Below are positions 8,706 through 14,166 of a stretch of 58,848 nt of DNA, one piece after another. The notes beneath the pieces are model-generated. The model was given only the letters and a program-made list of their open reading frames with translations. It searched no databases and was not told the origin of the DNA. Source of the stretch: Candidatus Woesearchaeota archaeon (GTDB taxonomy: Archaea; Nanobdellota; Nanobdellia; Woesearchaeales; JAGVYU01); the NCBI GenBank assembly GCA_043810355.1, contig JBDROB010000047.1:1-58848 (forward strand), in the 5' to 3' direction. Positions within the stretch are counted from its first letter, which is position 1; the number at the start of each line of letters is the position of its first letter. Both the position numbers and the translations under genes were made by a program.

Positions 8706-8707
8706 AC
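8087..8707 (-). CDS. HD-domain phosphohydrolase-like protein
   Basis: ISAIAHDIERAF (HD) and further His/Asp. ATG at 8653 (MTENLYKK) is a more likely start, because the first 18 codons lie in the repeat arm. Confidence 0.7.
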   Translation of the reverse strand: MKLNFWTTFIYFIASSNNMTENLYKKAEQFVIDSFTKLGKTSQIKHFERTVYWIKQLKADADEALLISAIAHDIERAFRKQDVKDKKHSHSYADPEFFRPHEERGAEIMADFLKKEGAEQKLIDRVKMLISKHEEGGNDDQNLLKDADSISFFENNVPTFLTKHVSEVGKEKVKEKFDWMFNRITSEKAKQIARQWYEEAIKKLEK

Positions 8708-8716
8708 TTAAGTGCT

Positions 8717-9724
8717 GTTAAATGCCCCGACGACCGAAGGGAGGAGAATGCAATGTGGTCGACCGACTGAAAGGAGGGAGAAGTTGAAAAAATGGCGTAT
8801 CAGGGGCGAAGCCCAATCCACTAAAAAATTCAAGGGTCGGCTCAATATTATTTCTAATTTAGAAGTAGTAACATTATCAAAAGATTTATAAGTATATGTT
8901 TAATTATTAATGAAATATGAGTGAAGATAATCAGATTATTTTGTATGAAGGAAGTCCATTAGAAAGAATTGCATCTTCTGATATAGTTTTAAGAACTGAT
9001 AAACCATTAATGGAACAGAAAAGGCTATTTTTGGCAAGTGATGTTGTTGTGGGAGAATATGGTGTAACTGGTTTTGTAGTAGTTGATAATAAACCTGAAA
9101 AAAGGTGGATAAGTTACACTGAAGGAGATAAAACTGGTGTAAGCTGGGATCCAGAGTACCACTCTCTTGAATTTACTATGTATGGACTGGATGAACCATT
9201 AAGGAAGGCACATTTTGCTAATACAGATGAAGGTTTTAAAATGATTAGGTATTTTATTTTACCTTCAAATGTAAGTCAATTCTTTAGAACTGATAAATTC
9301 TTGGGATATCCCATGATTGATAAGTGTTGTAGAGAAGGTACGCTCCCAGAAGAATTTGATGAAGTTGAAGTAAATCCAGTATATGCATTCCATGGAGAAG
9401 AAAGAGAAATTATAGATAGAATAATCGAAAGGATTTCTCCAAATCTACAACAAATTGGTGAATCCAGATTTTCTTGGGAAGATTTTGGACATCAAGTATA
9501 TTTTTCATTTCATCCTTGGCAAACATATAAACCAGTTCTTGAAGCTGGAGAAGAATCAGTTGTTAGAGCTGTGAGAAATTTTGATCAATTTTTATCAAGA
9601 TTTGATGAAAGAAAAAAGCTTCAAAGAAGGGATTTAGAAATCCAAGGAGCACAAGAGTACAAAGGAGTTCTTCCACCATCTGAATAATTGAGTCGACCCT
9701 TTCTATATTTAGCCATTTTTTCAA
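8717..9724. other. module 3 of the inverted-repeat-bracketed gene array
   Basis: GTTAAAT box at 8717-8723. GC box TGCAATGTGGTCGACC at 8749-8764. Outer arms 8784-8796 TTGAAAAAATGGC / 9712-9724 GCCATTTTTTCAA (13/13). Inner arms 8832-8846 AAGGGTCGGCTCAAT / 9687-9701 ATTGAGTCGACCCTT. Cargo is ORF 8917..9687 (plus strand). Confidence 0.8.
8917..9687 (+). CDS. hypothetical protein (module 3 cargo)
   Basis: ORF track, balanced composition, no motif recognised. Confidence 0.55.
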   Translation: MSEDNQIILYEGSPLERIASSDIVLRTDKPLMEQKRLFLASDVVVGEYGVTGFVVVDNKPEKRWISYTEGDKTGVSWDPEYHSLEFTMYGLDEPLRKAHFANTDEGFKMIRYFILPSNVSQFFRTDKFLGYPMIDKCCREGTLPEEFDEVEVNPVYAFHGEEREIIDRIIERISPNLQQIGESRFSWEDFGHQVYFSFHPWQTYKPVLEAGEESVVRAVRNFDQFLSRFDERKKLQRRDLEIQGAQEYKGVLPPSE

Positions 9725-9810
9725 TTGCATTTAATTATGTTATATTCCCTCTTTAGAGGCTGAGCTCAAAGCGAAGAGTTTTTACGTAGTAAAAATTGAA
9801 TATAATCGCT

Positions 9811-10841
9811 GTTAAATACCCCGAGCCGAACGAGCGAAGCATAGTGAGGTGAGAGTGCAACGTGGTCGAGTACCGCAGTTCACAAAGTGAACGAGGAACG
9901 GAGAAGTAAAATTCTTACTTTATCAATCCTGCGAAGCAGACTATATTTAGGGGGTTTCCGTTTATCAAGGGCGTAAGCCAATTTAAGTGAATGGGTTAAG
10001 GGGAAAATCTTTTCTGAGTTAGATTTGAGTAAAGTTTATATTACTAATTATATTCCCAAAAATAATGACTAACAATGTAAATGAAGCTGCATCAAGGATG
10101 GAGCAATTGATAAACTCATTTGAGATTGTTCCAATAAAGCCTTTAGCAGGTAAGGCAATAAAAGTTCCTTCTGATGATCCATGTATATTAGGTAAAGGTG
10201 ATTCTTCTGTGATATTCCGGTTAGGCGAATTTACTGACGGGGATTATTTATGTGGCAAACTTTATGGTGCCAGGTCTCCAAGATATTCCTCTGGCATTTG
10301 GGAAATGGGGTTTTTATATATCTCAGGTTATATTATTTGTGGTTATGATAAGGGCTTAGATAATAATATTGATGTTTTAAGTAGGGTCGGTTTACAAGTG
10401 CCCCCTCACCATCAATTTAAGGCTGAAACCCATGGTGGAAAATTTACCCCCCATTATATAATCGTAGAAGATTTTACTCAAGGAGGCAGATATAATGTTG
10501 TTGATGCTGTTGATTTTGATTTCAATTCAATTCCAAATGGTGTTTCATTAGAAAAGGCATATCGGAAGACATTGTCAAGAACTTTAAGACGTTTGAGGTC
10601 AAAAAAGTATGTATTGCATTGTCATGGCCATGTTAGTGAAGCAGAGGGAGGGATTGACAATGCAATTGAGCATTTGTTTTTTGTTCAGCATAGGCAAAAT
10701 GGAGAAGGAAGATTAATTGTAGGGGATCTTGATCATATTGAAGCAAGGTATGTTCCATTTAGTGAAAGATTGCCAAAATGGATTCAGAATTTTCCCATTA
10801 TCTCTAATTTAGGAAACCCCCGTTCTAAGTAAGAATTTTAT
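9811..10841. other. module 4 of the inverted-repeat-bracketed gene array
   Basis: GTTAAAT box at 9811-9817. GC box GTGCAACGTGGTCGAG at 9855-9870. Outer arms 9906-9918 GTAAAATTCTTAC / 10829-10841 GTAAGAATTTTAT. Inner arms 9950-9959 GGGGGTTTCC / 10812-10821 GGAAACCCCC. Cargo is ORF 10065..10832 (plus strand). Confidence 0.8.
10065..10832 (+). CDS. hypothetical protein (module 4 cargo)
   Basis: ORF track, no confident motif. Confidence 0.55.
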   Translation: MTNNVNEAASRMEQLINSFEIVPIKPLAGKAIKVPSDDPCILGKGDSSVIFRLGEFTDGDYLCGKLYGARSPRYSSGIWEMGFLYISGYIICGYDKGLDNNIDVLSRVGLQVPPHHQFKAETHGGKFTPHYIIVEDFTQGGRYNVVDAVDFDFNSIPNGVSLEKAYRKTLSRTLRRLRSKKYVLHCHGHVSEAEGGIDNAIEHLFFVQHRQNGEGRLIVGDLDHIEARYVPFSERLPKWIQNFPIISNLGNPRSK

Positions 10842-10855
10842 TGTATTTAATCCTT

Positions 10856-11943
10856 GTTAAGTTCTTTTCCCATACGAAGTGTGGGAAAACTGCGTCCGCA
10901 GAGTTGAGAATTTGTCTTTTTTCAAGCACGGAGTGCCATCAAAATAATTCATCCAGGGGCTTTGGTCGTTATTACATTATACACTAAATAGTGGTAACAA
11001 ATAGAAACATTTATAAAGAAAATGTATTCAATCTTTATTATGTTGGAGCAAATTACGTATCAGAATAATCAAGAATTACAGGATGCACAATTAACTACAA
11101 TAGTTAATGTTGCAAGTGAAATTTACCAATCAAATGGAAATAAACCTATTAGAATTCTTGATTTAGCAACAGGTCCAAATGGATTTAATCCAGTTATTGT
11201 AAGAAATTTAATTGATAGAGGCATCGATTATGAATTGGTTTTATCAGACATTTCTCCAACACATTTCAGAATTGGATATGAAAATCTTGAACAAGAATTA
11301 TCTCCTGAAGAACTTCAAAAAGTAAAATGCGTACTAGCAGATTCTAGAGATTTTAAAAGAAATCTTACTGAAGTTCCATTATGGGGTGAAGGTAGAAAAC
11401 CGCTTGAAGAAGTTCTTGAAGATCCAAGATACCAATTTTTACAAACAGGTTATCAAGATGGTCAAAGAACAGTAGATTTTACTGATGGTGCTTTTGATTT
11501 GGTTATTGGAAATATTCCTTATGGAAGTATAAATACAGGAGATTATTCGGATGCAATAGATGAGTCTGCAAGAGTTTTGAAACCTAGTGGATATCATATT
11601 GTTGATGAAATGCATGTTGAAAATGTGCAGAGTTATGGATTGCGAGCTTGGTGTACCTTAAAAGAAATGTTTGGAAAACCATTAAGAGAAGCTTATCCAA
11701 CTGCAAGAAGAAGCTTATCGGCAATTTCTAGAGCAAGAGCAAAAGATCTTCAAGAAGTCTCATCTAAATTGGATTCAGTATTAACACCTGTTGCTGTTTA
11801 TTCAACAACTTACGTATATGATACAGAAGAACGAATTCCTGAACAAACTCTCCAAAAAGGAGATTTAGTAAAAAGAGCTGTATTTGTACATCAGAAAGTT
11901 GATTAAGCCCAAAGCCCCCTTCTACTAAAAGACAAATTCTCAA
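10856..11943. other. module 5 of the inverted-repeat-bracketed gene array
   Basis: GTTAAGT box at 10856-10862. Outer arms 10904-10920 TTGAGAATTTGTCTTTT / 11927-11943 AAAAGACAAATTCTCAA (17/17). Inner arms 10954-10965 CAGGGGCTTTGG / 11909-11920 CCAAAGCCCCCT. Cargo is the methyltransferase gene (plus strand). Confidence 0.8.
11022..11906 (+). CDS. class I SAM-dependent methyltransferase with NPPY-like motif (possible N6-amino methyltransferase)
   Basis: ILDLATGPNG (motif I) and DLVIGNIPYG (motif IV-like). Confidence 0.65.
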   Translation: MYSIFIMLEQITYQNNQELQDAQLTTIVNVASEIYQSNGNKPIRILDLATGPNGFNPVIVRNLIDRGIDYELVLSDISPTHFRIGYENLEQELSPEELQKVKCVLADSRDFKRNLTEVPLWGEGRKPLEEVLEDPRYQFLQTGYQDGQRTVDFTDGAFDLVIGNIPYGSINTGDYSDAIDESARVLKPSGYHIVDEMHVENVQSYGLRAWCTLKEMFGKPLREAYPTARRSLSAISRARAKDLQEVSSKLDSVLTPVAVYSTTYVYDTEERIPEQTLQKGDLVKRAVFVHQKVD

Positions 11944-11947
11944 TTGA

Positions 11948-12018
11948 ACTTAACAACATTTAAACGAATCCATTGGAATTCGGGGACTACAGGGGCTGTA
12001 GGGTTAATGTTGTTAGGA
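11948..12018. repeat. closed attC-like hairpin with core-like ends
   Basis: ACTTAACAACATT (11948-11960) pairs with AATGTTGTTAGG (12006-12017). The ends resemble RYYYAAC / GTTRRRY. Inner hairpins are CGAATCCA/TGGAATTCG and CTACAG/CTGTAG. Confidence 0.65.
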
Positions 12019-12063
12019 TCAAATCTGAAAAAGTGGTGTAACTTATGAGTGAACTTGGATAAC

Positions 12064-12118
12064 AAAAACCGCACTAATCCCCTACTTGAAGGTAGGGGTA
12101 TTTTATCATGCGGTTTTT
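12064..12118. repeat. closed hairpin element
   Basis: AAAAACCGCA / TGCGGTTTTT (10 bp) enclosing CCCCTAC/GTAGGGG. Confidence 0.7.
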
Positions 12119-12122
12119 GGGA

Positions 12123-12192
12123 TTGAAAATCTCGCACTAAAGTGCATGGTATTCCTTATCCCAGACAAAATCTCGCTGTGCGAGATTTTCAA
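12123..12192. repeat. closed hairpin element with TTGAAAA...TTTTCAA termini
   Basis: TTGAAAATCTCGCAC (12123-12137) / GTGCGAGATTTTCAA (12178-12192), 15/15. Inner GCAC-TAAA-GTGC. Confidence 0.75.
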
Positions 12193-12367
12193 TAATTAAA
12201 TAATGTAAAAAAGGGCAAATGATTTCCGGATAAGTTGGTAATCTTGTGGTATGTATTTAAATGAAATGAAAGATTTTCAATGAAATCAAAGAGGCTTCGA
12301 TTCTGCTGAAAAAATGCATGATTTTTTACCATAATACATTAAAAGGTCTTCAGGCTATAAAATATTT

Positions 12368-13246
12368 ATGGATATCTTAGAGGTAGTGAAAAAGGAGATG
12401 CTTCGTCGGAGATTGAGCAGAAGGACGATCTCTACATATCTTTTCTATATCAGGAAGTTCTTGCTTTTCTGTCCAAAACCTCCAAAAGAGTTCTCTAAAA
12501 AGGATATAAAAGATTTCCTTGAGCAGAAAGGCTATCTTGAAAAGTCTGGGAGCACAACTAATGTTGCCCTCATGTCCCTTCGTTTCATGATGGAAGAATG
12601 CCTTAGGAAAAGCATGAGGTTGAATATTAGGTATTCAAAGACTCCTAAATCTCTGACTGCTTGCTTGACAAAGGAAGAGGTTAGAATGCTGATTGATTCT
12701 TTCAAGAATGAAAAGCATAAACTGCTAATTTCACTCATGTATGGAGCTGGATTAAGAGTGAGTGAGGCTGTCAAGCTGAAGAAGGAGGATATTGATCTTT
12801 GTTCAGGATATGGATGGGTTAGAAGAGGAAAGGGCAACAAGGATAGGCCCTTTATTATTCCTATAAGTTTGAAACAAGGTATAATTAAAAGAATGGAGAT
12901 TGAAGGAACCTATATCTTTCCAGGAAGGAGTCAACATCATTTATCTGTTAGATCAGTGCAACAGATACTGAAAAGGGCAGGAAGAAAAGTGTTGAAAAAG
13001 CATGTCAACCCTCACATGCTAAGGCATTCATTTGCAACGCACTTGATTGAAGATGGAACAGATTTGATGGCTATTCAGTCACTTCTTGGCCATAATGAAG
13101 CTAGGACAACAATAGAATATCTTCATGTTGTTAAGCCAAAGATGCTGAATGTTAAGAGTCCGCTTGATTGTTTGGAGGATAAAAATGATGTCTCAAAACC
13201 ATGCAAAAATAGAAAGATTTATACAACAAAAATCTTTGATTTTTGA
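12368..13246 (+). CDS. tyrosine site-specific recombinase (Xer/IntI-like)
   Basis: N-terminal SAM-like domain (LSRRTISTYLFYIRKFLLF). Catalytic signatures AGLRVSEA, HMLRHSFATHL, LLGH, TTIEYLHV. C-terminal VKSPLD. Confidence 0.9.
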   Translation: MDILEVVKKEMLRRRLSRRTISTYLFYIRKFLLFCPKPPKEFSKKDIKDFLEQKGYLEKSGSTTNVALMSLRFMMEECLRKSMRLNIRYSKTPKSLTACLTKEEVRMLIDSFKNEKHKLLISLMYGAGLRVSEAVKLKKEDIDLCSGYGWVRRGKGNKDRPFIIPISLKQGIIKRMEIEGTYIFPGRSQHHLSVRSVQQILKRAGRKVLKKHVNPHMLRHSFATHLIEDGTDLMAIQSLLGHNEARTTIEYLHVVKPKMLNVKSPLDCLEDKNDVSKPCKNRKIYTTKIFDF

Positions 13247-13250
13247 GCAT

Positions 13251-13273
13251 AACATTCCTAAAATAGGAATGTT
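13251..13273 (+). terminator. stem-loop after the recombinase gene
   Basis: AACATTCCTA-AAA-TAGGAATGTT, 10-bp perfect stem 5 nt after the stop codon. Confidence 0.5.
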
Positions 13274-13312
13274 TATATATAATTAGATTATACAAACTCA
13301 GGGTGATAAAAA

Positions 13313-13528
13313 ATGGATGTATTTGAAGCTATTCCAAAGCATTGGGGAAATTCCATAGGAGTGACTATCCCAAGGGAAATTGTCAAAAAGAATGGGATTG
13401 TTCCCAAGAAGAAGGTAATGTTATTAGTCTTAAGAGAAGATAATACCCTGGAAAAGATGTTTGGTAGCCTTCCGAGAAAGAAATCAACACAAAAAATAAT
13501 GGATGAGATTGATGAAGGATATGACTGA
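13313..13528 (+). CDS. vapB: AbrB/MazE-type antitoxin
   Basis: WGNSIGVTIPREIVKKNGI motif. Overlaps the PIN gene (ATGACTGA). Confidence 0.8.
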   Translation: MDVFEAIPKHWGNSIGVTIPREIVKKNGIVPKKKVMLLVLREDNTLEKMFGSLPRKKSTQKIMDEIDEGYD

Positions 13529-13889
13529 AGTATTTTTTGCAGACACTTATGCATTGTTTGAGATAATTTTTAAGAATGATGATTATAAAAGATTTCTTAA
13601 ATTAATCTTTGTCACTACTAAATCTAATTTAGTTGAATTCTACTATCATTTATTAAAGGATTATGGAAAAAATGTTGCAGATGCACATCTTAAGGCTTTT
13701 TCTAGTATAATAATTCCAGTTACATATGAAAGCATTCAAGAAGGTATGAAGTTTAAACTTAAATTTAAGAAAGAAAAGCTGAGCTATGTAGATTGCATAG
13801 GATATGCTCTAGCTTTGGAATATGGCATCAAATTTCTCACTGGAGACCAGAAGTTTGAGTTTAAGGATAATGTGGAATTTGTTAAATGA
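13521..13889 (+). CDS. vapC: PIN-domain toxin (VapC-like)
   Basis: MTEVFFADTYALFEI N-terminus, C-terminal LTGDQKF. ATG 13521 overlaps the antitoxin stop. Confidence 0.75.
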   Translation: MTEVFFADTYALFEIIFKNDDYKRFLKLIFVTTKSNLVEFYYHLLKDYGKNVADAHLKAFSSIIIPVTYESIQEGMKFKLKFKKEKLSYVDCIGYALALEYGIKFLTGDQKFEFKDNVEFVK

Positions 13890-13923
13890 ATCAAGCATCT
13901 CCTGCTTTTATTCTGATATGCTG

Positions 13924-13993
13924 TCAAAGTCGGCAGGGACCGCCAGTCAATATGCTGGTGGCATGTTCGCTTCGCTCACCCTGCCGACTTTGA
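13924..13993. repeat. closed GC-rich hairpin element
   Basis: TCAAAGTCGGCAGGG (13924-13938) / CCCTGCCGACTTTGA (13979-13993), 15/15. The loop contains a GCTTCGC mini-hairpin. Confidence 0.75.
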
Positions 13994-14094
13994 GCATGCT
14001 CAGAAATATACCGCCTTCCAAAAATGGATTGTGGACTATTGCCCACTGGTCATGCAGGCCAGGAGTATATTTCTGACATATCAATACCTGTTCA

Positions 14095-14126
14095 ACCACT
14101 GGACATTCTGCTGTGAGATATATAAA
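14095..14126 (+). promoter_or_regulatory. copy 3 (32 nt) of the TATA-containing repeat, upstream of PolB
   Basis: ACCACTGGACATTCTGCTGTGAGATATATAAA is identical to the other two copies. ATG of polB lies 40 nt downstream. Confidence 0.8.
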
Positions 14127-14166
14127 CCATTTCTCATTCTCTTCAGGAAAATGAAAAAATGAAAAA

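Noticed and set aside
5701-12192. Classical integron with contiguous attC sites 3' of each cassette
   Set aside because: GTTAARY boxes, a nearby tyrosine recombinase and one attC-like hairpin (11948-12018) fit. However, for the five gene modules the complementary arms lie on opposite sides of the ORF rather than forming a contiguous hairpin, and the recombinase lacks the IntI-specific insertion. I therefore report it as integron-like and unclassified rather than calling attC sites.
673-14126. CRISPR array formed by the 44-nt repeats
   Set aside because: There are only three copies, separated by 2.1 and 11.3 kb of coding DNA. There is no regular spacer structure and no cas genes in the window.
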